Under the pieces are notes generated by a model. The model worked only from the letters and a program-made list of their open reading frames with translations. It ran no database searches and had not been told where the DNA came from. Below, in pieces: positions 55,351 through 63,858 of a stretch of 64,000 nucleotides of DNA. Location of the stretch: positions 1 to 64,000 of IMG/VR virus record IMGVR_UViG_3300045988_135716; one strand, given 5' to 3'. Position 1 is the first letter of the stretch. Every line of letters starts with the position of its first letter. The DNA is from a virus. The translations under genes were made by a program, and so were the position numbers.

Positions 55351-55539
55351 ATGATTAAAGGGCAAATGACAGGATGGGGATTACAAACTCAAAAAGAATT
55401 AGAACATGCGAGAAATTGGTTGGTTGAAAGGGGACTTCTTGCTCATATAGATTATGAGAAAATGGTAGTTGTTGTTAGTGGAACAGTAAATGGTAAATGG
55501 GTAACTGATTCTAATGGAGATTTAATACGAATTGATTAG
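55351..55539 (+). CDS. hypothetical protein
   Basis: Abuts the upstream stop. Confidence 0.5.
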   Translation: MIKGQMTGWGLQTQKELEHARNWLVERGLLAHIDYEKMVVVVSGTVNGKWVTDSNGDLIRID

Positions 55540-55570
55540 ATGAAAACCAGTTTTTAAGGAAGGAAGTAAA

Positions 55571-55738
55571 ATGAAAGAAAGCATTAAAATTGAGCCACTG
55601 ATTAGGAAATTCGAAGATATGGCAAAAAGAGAATCATTGTTGGCTAGAGGAAATATAACACAGAATGATTTGTTAATTCAAATTATTGGAACAATTGTTC
55701 ATGTTGCAATGGAAGAACAGGATGCAATAAGTAAATGA
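55571..55738 (+). CDS. 55-aa hypothetical protein
   Basis: SD AAGGAAGGAAG; below the track cutoff. Confidence 0.4.
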   Translation: MKESIKIEPLIRKFEDMAKRESLLARGNITQNDLLIQIIGTIVHVAMEEQDAISK

Positions 55739-55884
55739 AAACCAATTTTTAGAATAAAGATCTTACAAACAACACAATACATATAAAGAACAGGAGATAA
55801 TTGATGGTGAGTGACAGATTGATTGATGTGTGGTAAAATAATAGATAATAAGCAGATGAAAGAATAGATTCATGGGGTGAAAAT

Positions 55885-56100
55885 ATGAATGAATGGATTG
55901 TTGCAAGAATAAATTCTTTGAAAGAAGATTTATCTAAGAAACAGGAATATTTCAAAATAAATATACAAAACATGGATTCTCCCACCTATGAGGATAATAC
56001 AATTAACGATTTGTTGGTAATGAAAAAGTTGAAAACGGAAATTGAGCAGCTTGAATTAATGTTACAGATGAATGAAATTTTTCACAGAGAAAATACATGA
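55885..56100 (+). CDS. hypothetical coiled-coil protein
   Basis: SD GGGGTG upstream. Confidence 0.5.
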   Translation: MNEWIVARINSLKEDLSKKQEYFKINIQNMDSPTYEDNTINDLLVMKKLKTEIEQLELMLQMNEIFHRENT

Positions 56101-56134
56101 AAGATATAGAAAATAATGTTAAGAGGTAAATATT

Positions 56135-56425
56135 ATGGGAATGGACATAGAAGTAATTGGGATGACATGGTATACAGTTCATCTTTCGGACGAAGATGTA
56201 GAGAAAGTGAAACAATGGCTTGAAAATCATAAAGATGATTTACCGTCATTTGATCCAAAAGAGAATATTTCAAAAGCGGTATGGAATTTATATAGTAAGG
56301 GAGAAATCTCTTTATTTGATGATGATAAATGTACAGAAAGTGATTTTAATACAGAAGAAATCAGATGGTCAGAGTTTGAGGAACGAGAACCAGAAGAAAT
56401 ATTTGGAGAAAAAGTATTTAGATGA
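56135..56425 (+). CDS. acidic hypothetical protein
   Basis: SD AAGAGG upstream. Confidence 0.5.
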   Translation: MGMDIEVIGMTWYTVHLSDEDVEKVKQWLENHKDDLPSFDPKENISKAVWNLYSKGEISLFDDDKCTESDFNTEEIRWSEFEEREPEEIFGEKVFR

Positions 56426-56453
56426 TGAAACCTAAGTTTCAGGAGGTGTTTTT

Positions 56454-57098
56454 ATGTTTGAGTGGAAAATAGAAGAATTAAAATTATACCACCAAAAAGG
56501 TGTAATTTATGATTGTGAACATACAGTATCGAGAGAAGATAAAATTGCATTCGTTGATGGTTTACAAGATGGGAAATTGAGTTATATATTAAATCTTTTT
56601 GAGAAATTTAAAGAAGATGAAGAAAATTTACCAAAAGACAAATGGGGAGATGTAAAAACTGTTTCGCTAAAATCCTGGATAAAAAGAAACGATACAAGAA
56701 AATTAATTGATGATACTTATACTTATGGAAAAATAAGATTTATTGGTGGACGATCAATTAAATCGGTCAATATAAAAAGTGCATATGATACATACGATGA
56801 TTATGTTGATGAAGTTTTTCATAGACAACTAAAAGAATGTGAAAATAAAGAAAGGGAATATTTCTTAGAACATGATGAATATTCAATCTTGAAAAGAGAG
56901 TTTTTGAATAAAAAATATAACACTACTTTTGGAGTAAACATCACATCATGGAGTAGTGGGAAAGTATGTATTTGTGATGATGTAACTAAAGAAGAAAGAG
57001 AAATAACTATCGAAGAATTAAAATATTTATTGAGTAGATATAAAGAATTGGATGAACTTGTTGAGAAAATAACAAAAGAAACACATATTACTTATTGA
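56454..57098 (+). CDS. hypothetical protein (214 aa)
   Basis: SD AGGAGG upstream. Confidence 0.55.
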   Translation: MFEWKIEELKLYHQKGVIYDCEHTVSREDKIAFVDGLQDGKLSYILNLFEKFKEDEENLPKDKWGDVKTVSLKSWIKRNDTRKLIDDTYTYGKIRFIGGRSIKSVNIKSAYDTYDDYVDEVFHRQLKECENKEREYFLEHDEYSILKREFLNKKYNTTFGVNITSWSSGKVCICDDVTKEEREITIEELKYLLSRYKELDELVEKITKETHITY

Positions 57099-57157
57099 TG
57101 AAATTTAACTTTCAAGTCACTTTTATATGTGATATAATATAGTAGAGTTTAGTAGTC

Positions 57158-57220
57158 CCATATTGGAATGTAAAAAGTATTATAAAATTTTACATTATTT
57201 AAAGTAGAACCATATTGGAA
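57158..57220 (+). promoter_or_regulatory. direct repeat CCATATTGGAA x2 (52-bp spacing) upstream of the next gene
   Basis: gtag-N-cccatattggaa at 57158-57168 and 57210-57220. Confidence 0.5.
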
Positions 57221-57244
57221 CATAAAAATAAGGAGGATTACATT

Positions 57245-57529
57245 ATGTTAGAAAGTACATTAAAGTATGCAGAAAGTATGGGCTATAAACTTACAACTGT
57301 TAATAACTGTATTTATGGTATTGACACTTATCTTGTAAAAGATCATCATAGAATATTCTGTAGTAAAGTTGCTGCATTTGAAAAATATTCTATTCCTGAT
57401 GAGGAAATTCTGAATCAATTAACAGAAGAAGAATATCAATGGCAGAAAACTACCGAAGAATTATTGAATAATTATAGTGACGATTTATATAATAAAGCGA
57501 TGGGAGCGTTACAAGATGGATGTGAATAA
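57245..57529 (+). CDS. hypothetical protein
   Basis: SD AAGGAGGA before ATG 57245. Confidence 0.5.
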   Translation: MLESTLKYAESMGYKLTTVNNCIYGIDTYLVKDHHRIFCSKVAAFEKYSIPDEEILNQLTEEEYQWQKTTEELLNNYSDDLYNKAMGALQDGCE

Positions 57530-57791
57530 GTGGTTTTGTTTTAAACAGGGTGAAGAATTTGGCAAGTTAGCAAAAAAGAAAACGATTTTAAAATATAAAA
57601 TGCAAGAAATATTAAACTTGTCAGAAGCTAAAAAACAAAGTGATACATTACAAAGTATATTAGATTTAGCTTTACAATATGAGTCAAATGCCAGTTCTAT
57701 TGGAGAAGTTTTGGTTGACGGGAATGAGGAAGATTGTAGAACAGCTAGATTATATTTTGTACAAGGGTTTATACGTGGAAGAACAAGTTAA
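57516..57791 (+). CDS. hypothetical protein
   Basis: ATG 57516 overlaps the upstream 3' end. Confidence 0.5.
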   Translation: MDVNKWFCFKQGEEFGKLAKKKTILKYKMQEILNLSEAKKQSDTLQSILDLALQYESNASSIGEVLVDGNEEDCRTARLYFVQGFIRGRTS

Positions 57792-57816
57792 GGGTGATAG
57801 AAATATCACCCATTTT
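57791..57816 (+). terminator. intrinsic terminator with GAAA tetraloop
   Basis: gggtgata-gaaa-tatcaccc followed by ATTTTC. Confidence 0.7.
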
Positions 57817-57864
57817 CTATAAAATGACTGTTTCGAGTTTTACAATGTTGTGAGGAGAAATTTT

Positions 57865-58017
57865 ATGTATGATCGTAATGAAATCAAGCAAATAATTGAC
57901 GAAATTGTGTTTCTGAAAAAATATGCATTATTTGATAAGCAGGGATATGATGAAAAAGCAAAAGTTATAGAAGAATTAAAGTCGGATTTATACAATGCGT
58001 TTGGAATAGATGAATAA
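57865..58017 (+). CDS. 50-aa hypothetical protein
   Basis: SD GAGGAG; below the track cutoff. Confidence 0.4.
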   Translation: MYDRNEIKQIIDEIVFLKKYALFDKQGYDEKAKVIEELKSDLYNAFGIDE

Positions 58018-58052
58018 ACAACATAAAATGACGGTTTTAAAGAGGTGATATT

Positions 58053-58313
58053 ATGCATAGACATGCTGTGAGAAATGGAATAAGAAGACAGGTATATAAT
58101 AGACAAAATGGAAAATGTTCTATGTGTGGTGATAAGATTAGTTATTTGAATTTTACTGTAGATCATATTATTCCAATATCAAAGGGTGGTTCTAATACTT
58201 TAGAAAATATGGAAGCAATGTGTGAAGTATGTAATCAAATGAAAAGAGATCATATGAAAAATGATTTTCTTAGGCACATAGAGAAAATTTATAAATTAAA
58301 TTTTTGTGGTTAA
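58053..58313 (+). CDS. HNH endonuclease
   Basis: CSMCG...VDHIIPISKGGSNTLENMEAMCEVCNQMK. Confidence 0.85.
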   Translation: MHRHAVRNGIRRQVYNRQNGKCSMCGDKISYLNFTVDHIIPISKGGSNTLENMEAMCEVCNQMKRDHMKNDFLRHIEKIYKLNFCG

Positions 58314-58331
58314 AACTGATAAAATAATTAC

Positions 58332-58360
58332 TTGCTACGTGAGCAGATTTCCTTTATAAT
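58332..58360 (+). promoter_or_regulatory. sigma-70-type promoter
   Basis: TTGCTA, 17-nt spacer, TATAAT. Confidence 0.6.
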
Positions 58361-58370
58361 AAGAAGAGAT

Positions 58371-58575
58371 ATGATGGGAGGCGGTTAAGATAACAGTATC
58401 AAAAGCAAAAAAAGAAGCCAATGAGCGTTATTTTAAAAAGGCATATGCACAAGTTAAACTGTCTATGCCAAAAGAAGAAGCTGCTACTCTTGCGACTTAT
58501 TGTGAAGAAAAGGGATATACAAAAGCAGGTTTTATAAGGCAAGCTATTAAAGAAAAAATGGAAAGAGACAATTAG
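58371..58575 (+). CDS. ribbon-helix-helix regulator with unresolved start
   Basis: The frame ...ITVSKAKKEANERYFKKAYAQVKLSMPKEEAATLATYCEEKGYTKAGFIRQAIKEKM has no ATG/GTG/TTG before the beta strand. Either ATA 58390 after GGGAGG is the start, or ATGATG 58371 is, if GGG is really GG. Confidence 0.5.
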
Positions 58576-58576
58576 A

Positions 58577-58607
58577 AATAAGACATCTTAATAGGTGTCT
58601 TATTTTT
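58577..58607 (+). terminator. intrinsic terminator
   Basis: aataagaca/tgtcttatt stem followed by a T run. Confidence 0.7.
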
Positions 58608-58613
58608 GTACAA

Positions 58614-58708
58614 GAAATACAATGGTACTATTGTATAAATATCACAAATAATAACTATGAATATTGGTACTAATGCCTATTGAAATACAATGGTACTAAT
58701 GCTATAAT
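58614..58708 (+). promoter_or_regulatory. promoter with repeated operator-like boxes
   Basis: GAAATACAATGGTACTA occurs twice (58614, 58682), plus a TGGTACTAATGC half copy at 58665. TTGAAA, 17-nt spacer, TATAAT at 58680-58708. Confidence 0.6.
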
Positions 58709-58740
58709 ATAATCAAGTTAAGAGAGAGGAGAAAAATCAA

Positions 58741-59136
58741 ATGACAAGTAAACATTATATGCACTTTAATCCGAATGATAAAGACAAAAAAGATGAACAA
58801 AGTGATTGTGTTATTCGTGCATTATGCAAGGTAATGAGCAAAACATGGTTAGAAGTATTTGATGAATTGATTCCGATTGCAAGAGATATACAGTGTAATC
58901 CTAACAGTAAGCCTTGTTACAAGCGATATTTAGAGGAACATGGATTTGAATATGTGGGGATTAGTAACAAAAAAGGATCTAAACGTCCTACAGTAGAAAG
59001 CTTTACAAAAGATCATAAAGAAGGTACATACTTTTTAAGTGTAGCAAATCACGCAGTTGCATCCGTTGATGGATATTTCTACGACAAATGGGATTCTGGC
59101 GATTGCTGCTTATATGGATATTGGAAAATAAAATAA
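58741..59136 (+). CDS. putative papain-fold cysteine peptidase-like protein
   Basis: SDCVIRAL (Cys) ... ANHAVASVDG (His, Asp) spacing resembles C39/C70-like folds. Tentative. Confidence 0.3.
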   Translation: MTSKHYMHFNPNDKDKKDEQSDCVIRALCKVMSKTWLEVFDELIPIARDIQCNPNSKPCYKRYLEEHGFEYVGISNKKGSKRPTVESFTKDHKEGTYFLSVANHAVASVDGYFYDKWDSGDCCLYGYWKIK

Positions 59137-59384
59137 AATAGTGTAGGTTCTCAACCGACCAAAGCGATAACCTACACTACTAAAGATAGGGATAATGCAT
59201 AAATGACACATATCCAGAACATATTATAGCTTATTTTCTGGACTATTTCAAGTCGTAATTCCCATATATAAACTGAACATTGATAATTAAATATGAAATT
59301 ATCACTGAAATTAATAAGACTTACTCAGAAATGAGATAGGTCTATTAAGTATACAAAAAAATTACATAAAGGAGAGAAAGCATT

Positions 59385-60290
59385 ATGAGCGCAGTTATTA
59401 AAATGAATGAAGAAGAAAGAAGAATTGAGCAGTTTAATGATGTAATGGCAAATGCGAAGCCGATGATTACAGAAGGTAAAGGACGATCATTGAGGACTAT
59501 TACAGCAAGTGCATGTGTACCTCTCAGTATTTGTTTTGTAGATCCACGTTATCAGGGTATGAGAAGTCATAAAAGACTTAATCGACTGGATCTGCATTTT
59601 GACAAACGTAAACTTGCTCCAATTACTCTTGTACCCCATTACGAAGAATATAGATTTGCTGTAGTAGATGGACAGGGAAGAACAATAGTTGCACCAAGAA
59701 AAGGAATGGATAGATTGTTTGCTACAATTCTCATGGATGCACCAGAAGATCCTGTAGAAAGACTGAAATTTGAAGCTGAATATTTTATTGGACAGGATTC
59801 AGAGATTGAGCCAGTAAGCTCTCTGGAAAAGCATCCAGCAAGAGTTATTATTGGTGATCCAACAGCAACAACGCTTGATAAGTTGCTTAAAAGATATGAT
59901 ATAAAATTTACTCAGAGTCCAGGTAACAGAAAAGAATCTGTATTAGGAAGTTATCCAACTACATATGAAATTGCTAAACGTGGAGAAAAATGTTTGGATT
60001 TTATTTTTTCTATTATTAAAAATGCAGGATGGAATCATGAGAAAAATGGATATGGAACATTTGTAATGATTCCATTAGAAAGAATGTGGGTTGAACATTC
60101 AGAGGATAGAGATAGAATTGACAACTTCTTATCTGATTATTTACGTCAGATTAATCCATCCATTTTTAATACAGAAGCAAAGGTTACATATCCAAAGAGA
60201 GATAATCGAGCAGCTTGTACATTACACTTAGAAGATATTCTTTGTGAATCATTAGGTATTGAGCGAAAGGTTTATCCCGTAAGTAAATAG
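59385..60290 (+). CDS. ParB/Srx-fold protein (DndB/DGQHR-like variant)
   Basis: VDPRYQGMR ... FAVVDGQGRT motifs. Confidence 0.55.
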   Translation: MSAVIKMNEEERRIEQFNDVMANAKPMITEGKGRSLRTITASACVPLSICFVDPRYQGMRSHKRLNRLDLHFDKRKLAPITLVPHYEEYRFAVVDGQGRTIVAPRKGMDRLFATILMDAPEDPVERLKFEAEYFIGQDSEIEPVSSLEKHPARVIIGDPTATTLDKLLKRYDIKFTQSPGNRKESVLGSYPTTYEIAKRGEKCLDFIFSIIKNAGWNHEKNGYGTFVMIPLERMWVEHSEDRDRIDNFLSDYLRQINPSIFNTEAKVTYPKRDNRAACTLHLEDILCESLGIERKVYPVSK

Positions 60291-60313
60291 GGATTATATA
60301 AGGAGGAATTGAA

Positions 60314-61363
60314 ATGTTACAGATTTTAGGCAAAACAGATAAGTTAAGAGATGAATGGACGGTTAGAAAGATTGTAAATAATTATAAAAGTGGTGTTAGC
60401 GTATTTGATAATGCGGTTCAGAGAGGACTTGTCTGGAAGAATGATAAGAAATCAAGACTTATTCGTTCTACTATTCTTAATAGACCAATTCCTCCTATTT
60501 ACGCTTCAAAACATGATGAGATTTATAATAATCTGGATGGAAAACAGAGAAGTTATACATATGTGGAGTTCCTTAATGATGAATTTTCGTTAGAAGGACT
60601 TGATCCCGTCACTGTTAAGAATACAGAAACAGGTGAAATTGAGGATGTGGAATTGAATGGTAAGTGTTTTTCAGAGTTGCCGGAGGAATTACAGAACGCT
60701 ATCACGGATGCAACTTTAACTGTCATTATAATTAACAATGTGACAGAAGATGAAGAATGTGAGATTTTTTATGACATTAATAATGGACAGCCATTAAATG
60801 CTATTACCATTGCAAGAGCAACAGCAAAATCACGTAAAGATATTACTCAGTTGGGACTGCATAAATTATTCCAGAATGCTTTAACTAAGAAAGCATTAGA
60901 GAAATATACAAATGAGGATATTGTTGTTAAGAGTTGGGCTATTTTGCATCAGGAAAATCCATCTCTGGAATCAAAGAATATTAAAAAATTAATGTCAGAA
61001 GTAGAATTAACAGGGGATGATATGATTCAACTTGAAAAATGCTTCGATAGAGTTCTGGCTACATATAACGCCATTGATGATAGAAAGATAGCAAAAAGGA
61101 TTTTAACCAGAACACATATGATTAGTATTATGCGAGTTGTATGGAAATCTATTGAATGTGGGAAATCAGAGGAAGAATTTGCAAATTGGTTTACAAAGTT
61201 TTATTGTGGTAAACAATCTCCTACAAAAGACGAAGTGTATAACAGTTTATGTAGAGCAGGAACTAATAGAACATCTGCGGTATGTAAGAGACTTGAAATT
61301 CTTGAGAATAACTATAATAAATTTTTCAACATATCATCAACAAGTGAAAAGGAGAACGATTAA
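60314..61363 (+). CDS. DUF262 (ParB/Srx-fold) protein, paralogous in architecture to 15238..16230
   Basis: AVQRGLVW...LIRSTILNRPIPPIY...LDGKQRSYT...NNGQPL motif series. Confidence 0.75.
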   Translation: MLQILGKTDKLRDEWTVRKIVNNYKSGVSVFDNAVQRGLVWKNDKKSRLIRSTILNRPIPPIYASKHDEIYNNLDGKQRSYTYVEFLNDEFSLEGLDPVTVKNTETGEIEDVELNGKCFSELPEELQNAITDATLTVIIINNVTEDEECEIFYDINNGQPLNAITIARATAKSRKDITQLGLHKLFQNALTKKALEKYTNEDIVVKSWAILHQENPSLESKNIKKLMSEVELTGDDMIQLEKCFDRVLATYNAIDDRKIAKRILTRTHMISIMRVVWKSIECGKSEEEFANWFTKFYCGKQSPTKDEVYNSLCRAGTNRTSAVCKRLEILENNYNKFFNISSTSEKEND

Positions 61364-61365
61364 AT

Positions 61366-61551
61366 ATGGCGAAAGACAGAGAAACACCTTGCCTGTACTA
61401 TATCTGTATGGGTGAATGTAAGAAAGGTAGAGATGCAAACCATTGGCATTATTGCCAGAAATGTGATAAGTACAGACCAAAGTTAAGAGTGCGACATCTT
61501 AACAAGAAGAAAGAGAAATTAGAGAAGATAAGGAAGAATGAAAAATATTAG
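61366..61551 (+). CDS. small basic Zn-ribbon protein
   Basis: CLYYICMGEC...CQKC followed by a K/R-rich tail. Confidence 0.5.
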   Translation: MAKDRETPCLYYICMGECKKGRDANHWHYCQKCDKYRPKLRVRHLNKKKEKLEKIRKNEKY

Positions 61552-61563
61552 GAGGTGGGGGTT

Positions 61564-62388
61564 ATGCCAACTTTAGCAATCCAACAGCCGTGTTATATCA
61601 ATCAAAAACAGAAAGCAACGATATACAACTTCCCAAAACAGAAAACATTACGGCGTGGGAAGTCAACAGAGATGGAATGCTTGTATACTAAGGATGAAAT
61701 TTTATCTGTATACAATATGTTTAAAACAGATGTTGATAATGCAACTACTGTTAATAAAGAAAAGAACGCTATGCGAAATCTTACAATGTTCATATGTGCG
61801 ATCAATATTGGATTACGTGGTGGGGATTTTTGCAAACTCACATGGAAAGATGTATATGAAGATGGATGGAGAATTAAAAAGTCACAGAAGTTTGTTCCAG
61901 AAAAAACAGAGCGTAGAGATAGATGTGGAAATGTAATTAAAAGAAAATATGTCAAGTTAAGATATGACAGTGATTTTAAAATGGCTATTCAGAATTGGCA
62001 TAAGTGGTTAGAAGATCATAATGAAACACCTGAGTTGACTGATTATATCTTTTCTTCTAATAAAGGTGAACATATTGGAGAAATGACATGGTATAGAACT
62101 GTTGAGAGGAATAGAATAAAAGCAGGTATTAAACAGTCTATTGGTACTCATGGACTTCGTAAGACTTTTGGACATAGCTATTATTTAGCAGCACCAGATA
62201 AACAACAAGCTCTTATACAGCTTATGACTATTTTTGGACATGCTGATATGCGTATTACTCTAAGATATATTTGTATTACCGATGAAGAAATATTTAAAAA
62301 CCAGGAAAGAATGTGCATTTTCTCGAATGAAGAAGAAACACCAGAAGATTATTTATGTCCACAAGATGATCCAGATATGATAGAATAG
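61564..62388 (+). CDS. tyrosine recombinase
   Basis: GLRGGDF (Arg), HGLRKTFGH (H-x-x-R) and FGHADMRITLRY (His...Tyr). SD GGAGGTG before ATG 61564. Confidence 0.8.
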   Translation: MPTLAIQQPCYINQKQKATIYNFPKQKTLRRGKSTEMECLYTKDEILSVYNMFKTDVDNATTVNKEKNAMRNLTMFICAINIGLRGGDFCKLTWKDVYEDGWRIKKSQKFVPEKTERRDRCGNVIKRKYVKLRYDSDFKMAIQNWHKWLEDHNETPELTDYIFSSNKGEHIGEMTWYRTVERNRIKAGIKQSIGTHGLRKTFGHSYYLAAPDKQQALIQLMTIFGHADMRITLRYICITDEEIFKNQERMCIFSNEEETPEDYLCPQDDPDMIE

Positions 62389-62446
62389 GAGTAATAAGTG
62401 AGATTAACAGAGAAGTATATTATAGAAAGATTTTGGAGGTATATAG

Positions 62447-62603
62447 ATGATGGATAGCTTTATGAATAAAACCAGTTGAGAAAGAATTTACATATGATGA
62501 TATTGTGAATACTTATAATAGAAGTGGAGACAAGAAAGACGTTGCCAAAAGATTTTGTATAAGTGTTGGCGAAGTGACTAAGATTTTGAAGAAGAATAAA
62601 TAG
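62447..62603 (+). pseudogene. small HTH protein interrupted at an A4 run
   Basis: MMDSFMNKTS-stop. Dropping one A in aatAAAAcc joins it to [43 protein letters not shown] (an HTH). Confidence 0.45.
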
Positions 62604-62616
62604 AGAGGTATTAATT

Positions 62617-63153
62617 ATGAATTTAACAAATTTGAGCAAATATATGAGTCTTATTTTAAGACACAAACCCGAAGCAATTGGGATTTCTTTAGATGAACAC
62701 GGATGGGCGAGTGTAAACGATTTGATTTGTGGTATTGAAAAGAATAATCCAGGATTCAATATGGATATTTTAGAACAAATTGTGAGAACTGATAGTAAGC
62801 ATCGTTATTCTTTCAATGAAGATAAATCGCTTATTCGTGCAAATCAAGGACATTCCGTTAACGTAGATGTAGAATTAAAAGAAAAAGAACCTCCAGAATA
62901 TTTATATCATGGAACAGGAGAAAAGTATGTAAAATCTATTAATCAGGATGGTTTAATTCCTAAGAGTAGATTATATGTACATTTGTCTAAAGATATAAAA
63001 ACTGCTGAAAATGTTGGGAAAAGGCATGGAAAAGAAGTTGTATATCGTATTAATAGTGGACAAATGTATCGAGATGGATATAAATTTTATCTATCTGAGA
63101 ATGGAATTTGGTTAACGAAAGAAGTTCCTGTAAAGTATTTAGAAATAATGTAA
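62617..63153 (+). CDS. kptA: RNA 2'-phosphotransferase (Tpt1/KptA family)
   Basis: [32 protein letters not shown] ... RYSF...IRANQGHS ... LYHGT motifs. Confidence 0.8.
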   Translation: MNLTNLSKYMSLILRHKPEAIGISLDEHGWASVNDLICGIEKNNPGFNMDILEQIVRTDSKHRYSFNEDKSLIRANQGHSVNVDVELKEKEPPEYLYHGTGEKYVKSINQDGLIPKSRLYVHLSKDIKTAENVGKRHGKEVVYRINSGQMYRDGYKFYLSENGIWLTKEVPVKYLEIM

Positions 63154-63188
63154 TAATGCAAAATAAAATAATAAATGGAGTTTAGTTT

Positions 63189-63374
63189 ATGAAGCATAAA
63201 AAGAAAAGTGAAATCAAATTAGGAAGAAGTGAAGCGTTCACGGAAGATTTATATAGCAATCCAGAAGCAGGAAAATGCCCTGAATGTGGTGGTATTTTAG
63301 TTACAAATTATGGCGAAGGAATAAGTTGTACTTTTTGTGTAGATTGTGATTATAATGAATATGATTATGATTAG
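63189..63374 (+). CDS. Zn-ribbon protein
   Basis: CPECGG...CTFCVDC. Confidence 0.5.
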   Translation: MKHKKKSEIKLGRSEAFTEDLYSNPEAGKCPECGGILVTNYGEGISCTFCVDCDYNEYDYD

Positions 63375-63411
63375 ATGAAAGACTGAATTTATTAAAATGG
63401 AGGTATGATAT

Positions 63412-63633
63412 ATGGGACACGTTAATATTTTTAAAACAAAATCAAAAGAAGAATTAATAAAATTGTATGGTGAATTTCTTAAAGTAGAAGAAACTGGATT
63501 TTTTGATCCTGAGACAGATTTGGGTGGAATCAGAGAAATTTACAGCTGTGATTTTGGAGCAAATACGACATGGATGTTGCAAATAGAATTAACTCATGCA
63601 ATTTCTGATTTGTGGTACGAAGAAAATAAATGA
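63412..63633 (+). CDS. hypothetical protein
   Basis: SD GGAGG upstream. Confidence 0.5.
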   Translation: MGHVNIFKTKSKEELIKLYGEFLKVEETGFFDPETDLGGIREIYSCDFGANTTWMLQIELTHAISDLWYEENK

Positions 63634-63857
63634 ATTTCGACTTTCATTTTGTGAGAAAGATGGTGTTACAAATGGCAAAAGTAAAAGACACGGGGTATAG
63701 AATGATTATAGAAAATCATGGTGGAAGATGGATGTTTGTTAATGATGATATTTACAGTTTTATGGAATGTTCAGGTTGTAAAGAGCAGATTTTAATTAAA
63801 GATGTTGAAAAGTATTGTCCTAATTGCGGAGCAAAATTAGAAGGTGTGGGAGATTAA
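63630..63857 (+). CDS. Zn-ribbon protein
   Basis: CSGC...CPNCG; ATGA overlap with the upstream stop. Confidence 0.5.
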   Translation: MNFDFHFVRKMVLQMAKVKDTGYRMIIENHGGRWMFVNDDIYSFMECSGCKEQILIKDVEKYCPNCGAKLEGVGD

Positions 63858-63858
63858 T

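Noticed and set aside
56220-56435. Alternative-frame plus-strand ORFs overlapping better ones (56220, 60390, 61137, 61655, 50406 5' part, 57477 5' part, 53010 5' part).
   Set aside because: They lack an SD at the proposed start or overlap motif-bearing frames. Starts were moved to the SD-supported ATG where applicable.
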